Source: an uncultured Muribaculaceae bacterium (GTDB lineage: Bacteria > Bacteroidota > Bacteroidia > Bacteroidales > Muribaculaceae). Taken from it: 64,000 nt of DNA. Location of the stretch: NCBI GenBank assembly GCA_910584055.1, contig CAJTZS010000002.1, positions 12,343 to 76,342 on the forward strand. The letters run 5' to 3'. The position numbers and the translations under genes were made by a program. Under the pieces are notes generated by a model. It saw only the letters and a program-made list of their open reading frames with translations, had not been told where the DNA came from and searched no databases. Below are positions 1 through 8,515 of this stretch, in pieces (position 1 is the first letter of the stretch; each line of letters starts with the position of its first letter).

Positions 1-591
1 GACCGTGATACGTTTCGGACTCCAGGCGAATCCCCAGGGAGCGGTAAGAATATCTATCACACGTTTCACCTCCCTGAAATTGTCGAGAGGCTCACCCATT
101 CCCATAAACACGATGTTAGTGAGAGGAGCCATCGGCTCGAAACCTTTCGGGGACGCAGGAGGAATACTGAGAATCTGATTGATGATCTGCGCAGCCGTAA
201 GATTAGCCCTGAATCCCATTTTGCCCGTTGCGCAGAAGTAACAGTTCATCTTACAACCCGCCTGACTGGAAACGCAAAGAGTTGCACGGTCCTTGTCCGG
301 AATGTACACCGACTCGATCGAGTTGCCGTTACCTACCTTGAAGAGATACTTCACCGTCCCATCGGAAGACTTGCGGGCAGCCGAAGGCGACTCCCGACCT
401 ATCTCATAATTCTCCGATAGCCATTGCTTATTCTTCTTGGAGATGTTCGCCATCTCATCGAAAGACGTCACCTTTTTATCATAGAGCCATTCGGCGAGCT
501 GTTTACCCACAAATCGCGGCATCTTGCCGCGAAGAGCCACATTCTGCAGCTCATCGAGCGTCATACCTATCAGTTTTGTCTTACTCTCCAT
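1..591 (-). CDS. rlmN: 23S rRNA (adenine2503-C2)-methyltransferase RlmN, 5' part (runs off window edge)
   Basis: Manual translation from ATG at 591: MESKTKLIGMTLDELQ...DGTVKYLF...IESVYIP...RATLCVSSQAGCKMNCYFCATGKMGFRANLTAAQI...NIVFMGMGEPLDN; radical-SAM CxxxCxxC plus MGMGEP motif. Confidence 0.95.
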   Translation of the reverse strand, partial: MESKTKLIGMTLDELQNVALRGKMPRFVGKQLAEWLYDKKVTSFDEMANISKKNKQWLSENYEIGRESPSAARKSSDGTVKYLFKVGNGNSIESVYIPDKDRATLCVSSQAGCKMNCYFCATGKMGFRANLTAAQIINQILSIPPASPKGFEPMAPLTNIVFMGMGEPLDNFREVKRVIDILTAPWGFAWSPKRITV

Positions 592-633
592 AATTTCCTG
601 AATTACCCATTAAACATTTCACATTACCCATTA

Positions 634-665
634 AAACAAAGGCCTCCCTCGGGAGGCCTTTGTTT
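634..665 (-). terminator. Intrinsic terminator hairpin after the SurA/PpiD gene
   Basis: AAACAAAGGCCTCCC-TC-GGGAGGCCTTTGTTT perfect inverted repeat just downstream of stop at 684. Confidence 0.8.
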
Positions 666-683
666 CTGGAAGCCGGATGCGTA

Positions 684-2819
684 TCAATCGCCGGCCTCGA
701 ATTTGTAAATATTGTTTTTCAGTTTCTTGTCACCCTTGACCATATCAAGAAGATTGGGGTTGACAAACTGATAATACTGCTGCTCATACATCTGGTCGTT
801 GAAGGGGAAGCTTTCCTTGTTCTTGCCCGTGACCTGATATACATATACGCCATCTTCTCCCTTGGTGATAACCACTTTCTTATCAGCCTTGGATCCGTTG
901 ATGCGCCCCATAACCGCTGGATCTGCAACACCTGCGTTATGACCGAAACGGAATGTAGCTACATTAGATGGCTGCACGCCCATTGCCTGAGCCGCGCTCT
1001 GGAGGCTCTGAGTCTTCTTGCCGAATTTCTCGACAAGTTTATCGCCGGCTTTGGAAGCGCGGACCTCACGGGTAAGCATAGCGTTGACATCCGGATTGGT
1101 CACCGGCACGAAATCCTCGTAGCTTCTTTCCACTGCCACTGCGTAGAGGGCCGGGGTGATAGCATTCTTGGATTCATAGATGTGGCTCACTTCACCTTCG
1201 TCACCGTCAATCATAACCCAGCGTACAACCTGACGGCTGTCGGGATAATACGAGTTCATACCCATCATGCGAGGAACTGCCGGTGTGGACTGAGTGAAGC
1301 TATAGTTCTGGAGCGTGTAACCGGCTTTCTCGGCATTCTTCACGAAGTCTGCCGCAGTCTTGTTTTCAAGAAGGAATTTCTCGAGTTTCGCACGTTCATC
1401 GCTCACTGTCTTGAGGCTCGGGCCAAGCACATATTCAGCCTCGTCATATTCATAAATAGTCTTGGGTGCTTTCTGCTCTGTGATCTTACCGATCAGCATA
1501 CCCTGGGGACCGCCCTGAAGAGTGACATAACGTCCACCTGCGTTGCGGAGACTGTCAAGCATCTCATCGGCAATGGCGTTTGTTGGGCCCTGAGCCGTAT
1601 AGAGGGGAATCCACTGGTTAAGCTGGGGAGCCACACTGTCCATCGAGAATCGGGTTGTAATGGAGTCGGCAGGAAGGCCACCGTTCAGGGCAGCAAGAAC
1701 CTTGTTGCCGAGAGCTTCCGTGGCAGTGCTTACAAGGTTGACCTGAATAGAGTCCAAAGCCTCTGTACGCTTGCCTACGCGAACCACGGTAAATCCCTGA
1801 ACCGTTTCCGAAATGAGCTTCACGCTGTCTTTCGGGGCGCTCATAACGAAATCCTTCACAGCACCCGAAGGAAGATCCGTTGCACGGACTGCATGATGAG
1901 TCATGCTCACGCCCTCTTTCTTGGTGGCTTTGCTAAGCTGGCCGAGGCTGTCACGAAGCTCCTTCACAGTATTCTGAGCGAGCTGGCGTGCGGCAGCGCG
2001 GTCGGCTGCAGAAGCGGAAATGCTTACGCTGATGAAAGCGATATCCTTTGTATCCTCGTCAACCTTGAAGAGACCTTTCTTCTCGGCATACGCCTTTTTA
2101 AGTTCATCGGCACTTACGGGATATTCCTTGGGATCGAGTGTCCCGTAAGGAAGGTATGCCACGTCTACAGCCGTTGTATTTACATAATCGTTATAAAGGG
2201 CTTTCTTGTCGAGATCGTTAGCCTTTACCGTTCCGGCGAGGACACGCTGGTAGACGCTACCCTTGATTGTCTCCTGCATCTCTTTCTCGGCTGCAAGCCA
2301 CAGACGCTGGAAAGGCTCCATCTGGGCATCCGTCAAACCGTTACGCTTGGGATTGAAGATCACCTCGTATGCCTGCTGCGGAGTCTGGACGCTAAGTCCG
2401 GATGCGTTGAGCTGACGGACGATATCCATAACGCGCTGGTTCTGCGGATTCTCGATCATATAATAGCGAAGAAGGTTGCCTGTGGTGCGGACACCGGCTT
2501 TATTCGCGGCAGTCAAGACAATGTCTTCCTGCATAAGCTGGTCGAGCGCCATCTGCGCCAGCACCTGGGTATCGAAATTTGCGAACTGTGCCGGGTTCTG
2601 ACGGCGTGCTTCTTCAAGCTGATTGTTGAGCTCCTCGCGTTTACGCTGATAGTCAGTAAAGTCGATTTTGGTGCTTCCTACTTTTGCGATTGTGGTGCGC
2701 TCGCCGAAAATGTTCTGACTGTTGGTCAGGGCATCACCAACGATGAAAGCGAGCAGAGCCACGCCAATCACGATGATGAGGAACACCGATTTGCTTCTGA
2801 TTTTCTCTAATGTTGCCAT
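684..2819 (-). CDS. SurA N-terminal domain / PpiD-like periplasmic chaperone (peptidylprolyl isomerase family)
   Basis: MATLEKIRSK..LIIVIGVALLAFIVGD N-terminal anchor typical of Bacteroidales SurA_N proteins; 711 aa; TATCTTTG promoter at 2863-2870. Confidence 0.85.
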   Translation of the reverse strand: MATLEKIRSKSVFLIIVIGVALLAFIVGDALTNSQNIFGERTTIAKVGSTKIDFTDYQRKREELNNQLEEARRQNPAQFANFDTQVLAQMALDQLMQEDIVLTAANKAGVRTTGNLLRYYMIENPQNQRVMDIVRQLNASGLSVQTPQQAYEVIFNPKRNGLTDAQMEPFQRLWLAAEKEMQETIKGSVYQRVLAGTVKANDLDKKALYNDYVNTTAVDVAYLPYGTLDPKEYPVSADELKKAYAEKKGLFKVDEDTKDIAFISVSISASAADRAAARQLAQNTVKELRDSLGQLSKATKKEGVSMTHHAVRATDLPSGAVKDFVMSAPKDSVKLISETVQGFTVVRVGKRTEALDSIQVNLVSTATEALGNKVLAALNGGLPADSITTRFSMDSVAPQLNQWIPLYTAQGPTNAIADEMLDSLRNAGGRYVTLQGGPQGMLIGKITEQKAPKTIYEYDEAEYVLGPSLKTVSDERAKLEKFLLENKTAADFVKNAEKAGYTLQNYSFTQSTPAVPRMMGMNSYYPDSRQVVRWVMIDGDEGEVSHIYESKNAITPALYAVAVERSYEDFVPVTNPDVNAMLTREVRASKAGDKLVEKFGKKTQSLQSAAQAMGVQPSNVATFRFGHNAGVADPAVMGRINGSKADKKVVITKGEDGVYVYQVTGKNKESFPFNDQMYEQQYYQFVNPNLLDMVKGDKKLKNNIYKFEAGD

Positions 2820-2910
2820 TCTTTATATAGCTGTTTTAATTAATTTTCTGCCAATAAACGTGCAAAGATAACATTTTTAGCAATAATCGGCAAATTTCAG
2901 CTTAAATTTA

Positions 2911-4263
2911 TTATTTCTTAGCATTCTTAGCAATCCCGAATGCTTCGCGGATGCGGTCGATGGCGTCAAGTTTTTCCCAAGTGAAGAGTTCCACCTCCTT
3001 AACGATCGTTTCGTTCTCATAACGGGATTTAAACTCTTTCTTGACAGTGCGGGGCTCACGGCCCATATGGCCATAAGACGCTGTCTCGCGGTATATGGGA
3101 TTGCGAAGTTTAAGACGCTCCTCAATGGCTTTAGGACGCATATCGAAAAGCTCGGAAATACGGGCGGCAATCTCCGTGTCGCTCATATTTACGCGCGATG
3201 TGCCGTAAGTATTCACGAAGATGCTCACCGGATTTGCCTTGCCTATTGCATATGCCACCTGCACGAGCACTTCACGGGCAACACCGGCAGCCACGAGATT
3301 CTTGGCGATATGACGGCACGCGTAAGCGGCAGACCGGTCAACCTTCGAAGGGTCTTTTCCAGAGAATGCGCCGCCTCCATGCGCACCGCGGCCGCCGTAG
3401 GTGTCAACGATGATCTTGCGCCCTGTAAGGCCGGTATCGGCGTGCGGACCTCCAAGCACGAATTTACCTGTCGGATTGACATGAAGAATCAGCTTATCGT
3501 CGAAAAGGTTCTGTATTTCAACCGGAAGCTTGGCTTTAACACGCGGCAAAAGCACGTCCTCGACATCCTTGCGTATTTGCTCAAGCATCTGCTCATCGGC
3601 AGCCCTGCGGGCTTCCGGGGTATTCTCGAGCGGTTCTACGAACTCATCGTGCTGCGTGGAGATCACTATCGTATGAATCCTTACAGGGCGATGGTTCTCG
3701 TCATACTCCACAGTCACCTGACTTTTTGAATCCGGACGCAGATACGATGTAAGTTTTCCCTTGCGGTAATAATTCATGGCTGTCCCCTCGCGGCGGATAT
3801 CGGCGAGTTCGCGCAGCAACAGATGAGAAAGGTCAAGGGTAAGAGGCATATAGCTGGCAGTCTCATCGACGGCATAGCCGAACATCATTCCCTGGTCGCC
3901 TGCCCCCTGAAGATCTTCTTGAGCCATATTCTCTTCCCGACGGCTAACGCCTCGGTCAATATCTTCGCTCTGCTCGTGAATTGTGCTCAATATTCCGCAT
4001 GCATCCCCGTCGAAACGGTAGGCACCGCGGTTGTAACCTATTTCGTTGATAAGATCGCGTATGCTGTGCTGGATATCGACGTATGCCTGCGAACTTACCT
4101 CACCGGCCACCACCACCTGACCGGTGGTGCAGAGAGTTTCTATGGCGACATGGCTTTTGGAATCACGCGCCAGAAATTCATCAAGTAATGTATCGCTGAT
4201 CTGGTCGGCCACCTTGTCGGGATGGCCTTCGGAAACAGATTCCGATGTAAATAAATAATTCAT
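2911..4263 (-). CDS. metK: S-adenosylmethionine synthetase
   Basis: LFTSESVSEGHPDKVADQISD, GAGDQGMMFG, GGGAFSGKDPSKVDRS motifs; true start is ATG at 4263 (MNYLFTSES), not 4398. Confidence 0.98.
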   Translation of the reverse strand: MNYLFTSESVSEGHPDKVADQISDTLLDEFLARDSKSHVAIETLCTTGQVVVAGEVSSQAYVDIQHSIRDLINEIGYNRGAYRFDGDACGILSTIHEQSEDIDRGVSRREENMAQEDLQGAGDQGMMFGYAVDETASYMPLTLDLSHLLLRELADIRREGTAMNYYRKGKLTSYLRPDSKSQVTVEYDENHRPVRIHTIVISTQHDEFVEPLENTPEARRAADEQMLEQIRKDVEDVLLPRVKAKLPVEIQNLFDDKLILHVNPTGKFVLGGPHADTGLTGRKIIVDTYGGRGAHGGGAFSGKDPSKVDRSAAYACRHIAKNLVAAGVAREVLVQVAYAIGKANPVSIFVNTYGTSRVNMSDTEIAARISELFDMRPKAIEERLKLRNPIYRETASYGHMGREPRTVKKEFKSRYENETIVKEVELFTWEKLDAIDRIREAFGIAKNAKK

Positions 4264-4312
4264 TTTATCTAATGTTAAATGTTTAATGTGTAATGTGCAA
4301 TGGTTCTGCGAC

Positions 4313-4345
4313 AAAAAAGAGCGGTCGCCGCTGCGATCGCTCTTT
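4313..4345 (-). terminator. Leader terminator (riboswitch expression platform) upstream of metK
   Basis: Minus strand AAAGAGCGATCGCAGCGGCGACCGCTCTTTTTT: GC stem followed by a U-tract, about 50 nt before the metK start. Confidence 0.8.
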
Positions 4346-4405
4346 ATATAATGCATTTGCTGTCGTCGTTGCTGATGACGGCTCACGAAGAGCCGCACCT
4401 CCGAG

Positions 4406-4458
4406 ATGCAGTTTTAGCATTTTTTTGAGTGGTTGCAAGCAGCCAAATTTCTCCACTT
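4406..4458 (-). ncRNA. SAM-II family riboswitch aptamer
   Basis: Minus strand AGTGG-AGAAATTT-GGCTGC-TTGCAA-CCACT-CAAAAAAAT-GCTAAAA-CTGC: P1 AGTGG/CCACT and the conserved AUUU, UUGCAA and GCUAAA elements of SAM-II; lies between promoter (4516-4523) and terminator upstream of metK. Confidence 0.8.
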
Positions 4459-4515
4459 CCGTCTCCTGCATTGCCCCGGTTTTGACCGGAAGGCGCAGTC
4501 CGCAGAATTGCACCG

Positions 4516-4523
4516 CAAATTTA
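4516..4523 (-). promoter_or_regulatory. Bacteroidetes -7 promoter element for metK
   Basis: TAAATTTG followed by C on the minus strand (TAnnTTTG consensus). Confidence 0.65.
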
Positions 4524-4617
4524 ATAAATAATTCCCGTAACACAAAACATATCCAGACTATATCCATGACAGGGACGTTAAAATATAGGACAGTAAACAA
4601 TATTTATGAAATTTTAA

Positions 4618-4803
4618 TAAGTAGGTAAGAAAAATTAATGCACAAATAAAACGCAGTTATTTTTGAGATGTTTTTGCCGCGTAATGAAGGAGCATATAGG
4701 CATATGCGACTGAATTACAAGGTGAAAACAGCCAAAAAGAACAAGTTTTATTGGGCAAGATTTCATTACCTACATATATCGTTTAATTTTTATTACCTAC
4801 TTA
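4618..4803. repeat. 21-bp inverted repeat pair enclosing a 144-bp segment with a promoter-like motif
   Basis: TAAGTAGGTAAGAAAAATTAA (4618-4638) vs TTAATTTTTATTACCTACTTA (4783-4803), 20/21 complementary. Confidence 0.85.
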
Positions 4804-4812
4804 CTATAAGCT

Positions 4813-5184
4813 ATGATCAAAATGATGCTGCTTGCCGGTGCGGCCGGATTTGTTGGCACCTGCGGACGATTCCTTGTTGTAAAATGGAGTTCGGCGATGT
4901 ATCATGGGGCATTCCCCTTGGGAACGTTTCTGGTTAACGCAATAGGGTGTTTCATCATCGGCCTGTTCTTCAGTCTGCTCGAAAAGTCAAATGTATCAGC
5001 CTACGGATTAGACGTGATGCTCATCACAGGATTCTGCGGAAGTTTCACGACATTCTCCTCTTTTGCCTATGACATGTGGATATTAGGAAGCAAGGGCGAC
5101 TGGGCAACGTTTATCCTTTATCTCGTCCTCTCGGTTGCGTTAGGCATCCTGCTTGTATGGGCGGGGCGCACAATCATCCGATAA
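4813..5184 (+). CDS. crcB: Fluoride efflux channel FluC/CrcB
   Basis: GTCGRF, FPLGTFLVNAIGCF and GFCGSFTTFSSF signature motifs; 123 aa, 4 TM. Confidence 0.95.
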   Translation: MIKMMLLAGAAGFVGTCGRFLVVKWSSAMYHGAFPLGTFLVNAIGCFIIGLFFSLLEKSNVSAYGLDVMLITGFCGSFTTFSSFAYDMWILGSKGDWATFILYLVLSVALGILLVWAGRTIIR

Positions 5185-5190
5185 TAATTG

Positions 5191-5227
5191 AAAAAAAAGA
5201 ATTGGAAGTCTCACGACTTCCAATTCT
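5191..5227. terminator. Terminator between convergent crcB and secDF
   Basis: AGAATTGGAAGTC-TCAC-GACTTCCAATTCT hairpin preceded by an A8 run (U-tract for secDF). Confidence 0.8.
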
Positions 5228-5284
5228 AAAACATTAACAATTTAAATCAAAAAGAATTGAATAAGAAATTCATTTCTTTAAATT

Positions 5285-8257
5285 TTACTTGAAGCGGCGG
5301 TTGCCTTCGAGAACCGGCTTGCCCTCAGCAGCCTGAGCTGCATTCTTCTTATTGCTACGCGACATGATAGCGTATGCAATCGGAGCTGCGCAGAAGAGTG
5401 AGCAGAATGTGCCGACAACCACACCGAAGATCATCGCGAATGTGAACGAACGGATGGTATCACCTCCGAGGAAGAAGATGCAGAGGAGCACGAGCAGAGT
5501 GGAGAACGATGTCATCACCGTACGGCTCAATGTCTGGTTCAAAGACTTGTTGAAGGTCTTGCGGCGGTCTTCTTTCGGATATATGCCGATCATCTCACGT
5601 ACACGGTCGAACACAACCACAGTATCGTTGATCTGATAACCGATGATTGTAAGCACAGCCGCGATAAACGACTGGTCAATCTCCATTGAGAACGGCAGGA
5701 AGCCCCAGCATACGGAATAGAATCCCACGATGAGGAATGCCGTCAACGCAACGGCGCAAACAGCACCTACAGAGAAGGCGATGTTGCGGAAACGGAGAAG
5801 GATGTAGAGGAACATACATACAACCGCAATGCCGAGTGCCCAATAAGCGTCACGTTTCATATCATCAGCCACAGAAGGGCCGACCTTCTGGATAGAGATG
5901 ATACCGTGGCTTTCGTCTGACACGGAGAATGCATCGAGATCCATCGTCTTACCGTTTACGGTAAGTTCATCCTTAAGACCCTCATAGAGGATTGAAGCAA
6001 CCTCGTTCTCGATTCCTTCGGATTCTTCGCCGATCTTATAGTTGGTGGAGATGCGGAGCTTGGAAGGGTTGTCGATGTTGATTACTGCCACAGATACCGT
6101 GGGGTCATTTGCCTTTGTCTGGAAGAGATCGAGGAGTTTGTCCTGAACGGCCTGACGGTCCACATCCTTCTCAAACTGGACAACATAGTTGCGACCGCCG
6201 GAGAAGTCGATACCCTGATTCATGCCGCGGATTGCCAATGAAGCTATGGAGATAACGATAAGTGCAATCCAAACTGCAGCTGCTGCCTTCGACTTACCCA
6301 TGAAGTCAATCTTGGGATTGGTGAGGAAGTTGCGGCTGAGAGCCGTGGCGAATGTCATGTTGGCGCAACGCCCGTTCTTTGTGATAAGGTCGAAAGCTAT
6401 GCGCGTGAGGAACACTGCCGTAAAGAACGAGCAGACGATACCGATGATAAGTGTGGTGGCAAAACCTTTGATAGGACCAGAACCGAAGAAGAGCAGGATC
6501 ACGCCGGTGATCACTGACGTAAGGTTAGAGTCGAATATCGCGGAGAATGCATTGCTGTAACCTTCGGAGATTGCCTGACGGAGCTTCTTGCCGTTCTTGA
6601 GCTCTTCTTTAGTACGCTCGAAGATAAGCACGTTGGCATCGACAGCCATACCCAATGCGAGCACGATACCGGCAATACCGGAAAGTGTCAGCACGGCCTG
6701 AAGCGACGCGAGGATACCAAGCGTGAAATACAGGTTGAGGATAAGACCCACGTTGGCTACGAGACCGGGAATCCAGCCGTAGTATGCCACCATGAGGATC
6801 ATCAACAGGATGATGGCCACGATGAATGAGATGAAGCCCATCTGGATGGCCTCAGCACCAAGGCTCGGGCCAATCACGTTATTGCTGACTACATTCACCT
6901 TTGCCGACATCTTACCTGACTTGAGCACGTTGGCAAGGTCGTTGGCCTCTTCAGGTGTGAAATTACCCGTAATCTCAGAGCTACCACCTGTGATTTCATT
7001 GTTGACATTCGGGAATGAATATACATGGTCGTCAAGCGCGATCGCAATCGGACGACCGATGTTGTTGCGGGTGATGGTTGCCCACTCCTGCGCACCGCGG
7101 TCGCTCATCTTCATGTTGACCGTGTTGCCGCGCATATTGTCATATTCAGAAGATGCTGAAGTAACGGCGTCTCCTTCAAGCACTGCGTCTCCTTTGAGGG
7201 CGACAAGCTCCCAATAGCCGACGGTCTTGTCCTGGCCGTTGTCTTTTTTCACTACATTTCCGTTTGCATCGGTAACGGGGAACTCAGCCTGTTTAACCGA
7301 CCACATAAGAGTGAGGTCCGAAGGAAGCGTGCGTTTTGCAAGCTCGGAGTTCATAACCGAGTCTACAAGATTCTTGTTTGATGGAGCAACCATGCCCACG
7401 ACCGGAGATCCGGCACGCTGCACGCCGCCGAGAAGATCGATGACGTTGAGATGGTTCACTGTGTCCTGCTGCGCATATGCTGCTGCAAAACGCTGGAGGT
7501 CGCCCATTATCTCATTGTAGTTGTAAACCTCATAGAATTCAAGGTTGGCGCTCGATTTCAGAAGCTCGGTCACACGCTCCGGCTCTTTCACGCCCGGAAG
7601 CTCGAGAAGGATCTGACCGTTCTTGTCCTGAAGTTTCTGGATATTCGGGGCAACGACACCGAACTGGTCGATACGCGTGCGGAAGATGTTGAATGCAGCG
7701 TCAACCTGGCTGTCTACCTGTTTCTCAAGAGCGGCGGTAACCTCTTCGTTGGATGCATTGGATTTGAGCGTACCCATGAATTCACCTTCGCGAATGAAAA
7801 GGCTTGCCATAACGCCGGGCTGTATATAAGAAGCCACGCGCGAAACGAAATCCTTGTCACTTCCCTTGCCACCGTCGGTTTCAGCCTTCTTGATGGCGGC
7901 GTTGATCTGGGCGAGCTGGGCGTCGCCCGAGGCATACTGGCGGAGAATGTCGGGAACCGAAATCTCGAGGACCACGTTCATACCACCTTTCAGGTCAAGA
8001 CCGAGACCGACCTCCATCTTGCGGACCTGATTGTAGGTATACCACAGATAAACTTTCTCTTTGTCGATTGAGTCGTTGAATTGCTTCAGACTTTGTTTGT
8101 AGGCATCATTGGTCTCGTCGCTGGTCTTGGCGGTCATGGCTGCAAACTCTTTGGCTTTTTTCTCATAATGAGATGTCACGAAGCTGAAAGAGATGTAGAA
8201 ACCGCAAATCAATACCAGAAGGATAGCAATGGTGCTGATAAACCCTTTGTTCTGCAT
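5285..8257 (-). CDS. secDF: Protein translocase subunit SecDF (fused)
   Basis: LGLDLKGG, RIDQFGV, IGPSLG, GMAVDANVLIFER, GIDFSGG, IGYQINDTVVVFDRVRE motifs; TATATTTG promoter at 8369-8376. Confidence 0.97.
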   Translation of the reverse strand: MQNKGFISTIAILLVLICGFYISFSFVTSHYEKKAKEFAAMTAKTSDETNDAYKQSLKQFNDSIDKEKVYLWYTYNQVRKMEVGLGLDLKGGMNVVLEISVPDILRQYASGDAQLAQINAAIKKAETDGGKGSDKDFVSRVASYIQPGVMASLFIREGEFMGTLKSNASNEEVTAALEKQVDSQVDAAFNIFRTRIDQFGVVAPNIQKLQDKNGQILLELPGVKEPERVTELLKSSANLEFYEVYNYNEIMGDLQRFAAAYAQQDTVNHLNVIDLLGGVQRAGSPVVGMVAPSNKNLVDSVMNSELAKRTLPSDLTLMWSVKQAEFPVTDANGNVVKKDNGQDKTVGYWELVALKGDAVLEGDAVTSASSEYDNMRGNTVNMKMSDRGAQEWATITRNNIGRPIAIALDDHVYSFPNVNNEITGGSSEITGNFTPEEANDLANVLKSGKMSAKVNVVSNNVIGPSLGAEAIQMGFISFIVAIILLMILMVAYYGWIPGLVANVGLILNLYFTLGILASLQAVLTLSGIAGIVLALGMAVDANVLIFERTKEELKNGKKLRQAISEGYSNAFSAIFDSNLTSVITGVILLFFGSGPIKGFATTLIIGIVCSFFTAVFLTRIAFDLITKNGRCANMTFATALSRNFLTNPKIDFMGKSKAAAAVWIALIVISIASLAIRGMNQGIDFSGGRNYVVQFEKDVDRQAVQDKLLDLFQTKANDPTVSVAVINIDNPSKLRISTNYKIGEESEGIENEVASILYEGLKDELTVNGKTMDLDAFSVSDESHGIISIQKVGPSVADDMKRDAYWALGIAVVCMFLYILLRFRNIAFSVGAVCAVALTAFLIVGFYSVCWGFLPFSMEIDQSFIAAVLTIIGYQINDTVVVFDRVREMIGIYPKEDRRKTFNKSLNQTLSRTVMTSFSTLLVLLCIFFLGGDTIRSFTFAMIFGVVVGTFCSLFCAAPIAYAIMSRSNKKNAAQAAEGKPVLEGNRRFK

Positions 8258-8515
8258 TTCGATTTTGTTGTTATTTTATTGTTTTTTATTTTTTATTTTC
8301 ATAACAAATGCCACCGCCGGAGGCTATGACAAAGGAGGCTTTCTTTCGAAAGTCTTCTTTTCAGCTTGCAAATATACGGCTTTTTTTTGATGTTTTGAGC
8401 ATCCTGAGCATAAAAATATGGATTCAACCCATATTTCTCGATAATTTTATTTATTTTTGAACTCTTTTAAGACAAAACAGCTCTCCCCTATCGTTGATAA
8501 TAGACAAATATTCTG

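Noticed and set aside
660..2810. 716-aa ORF on the + strand
   Set aside because: Exact antisense shadow of the SurA/PpiD gene; no recognisable motifs; expected from codon bias
4264..4398. 45-aa N-terminal extension of MetK in the ORF track
   Set aside because: Overlaps the riboswitch terminator and heptamer repeats; conserved MetK starts at 4263
4640..4812. Fluoride riboswitch upstream of crcB
   Set aside because: Could not find the GGnRAUGR...CC / GCUGAUGAC-type consensus
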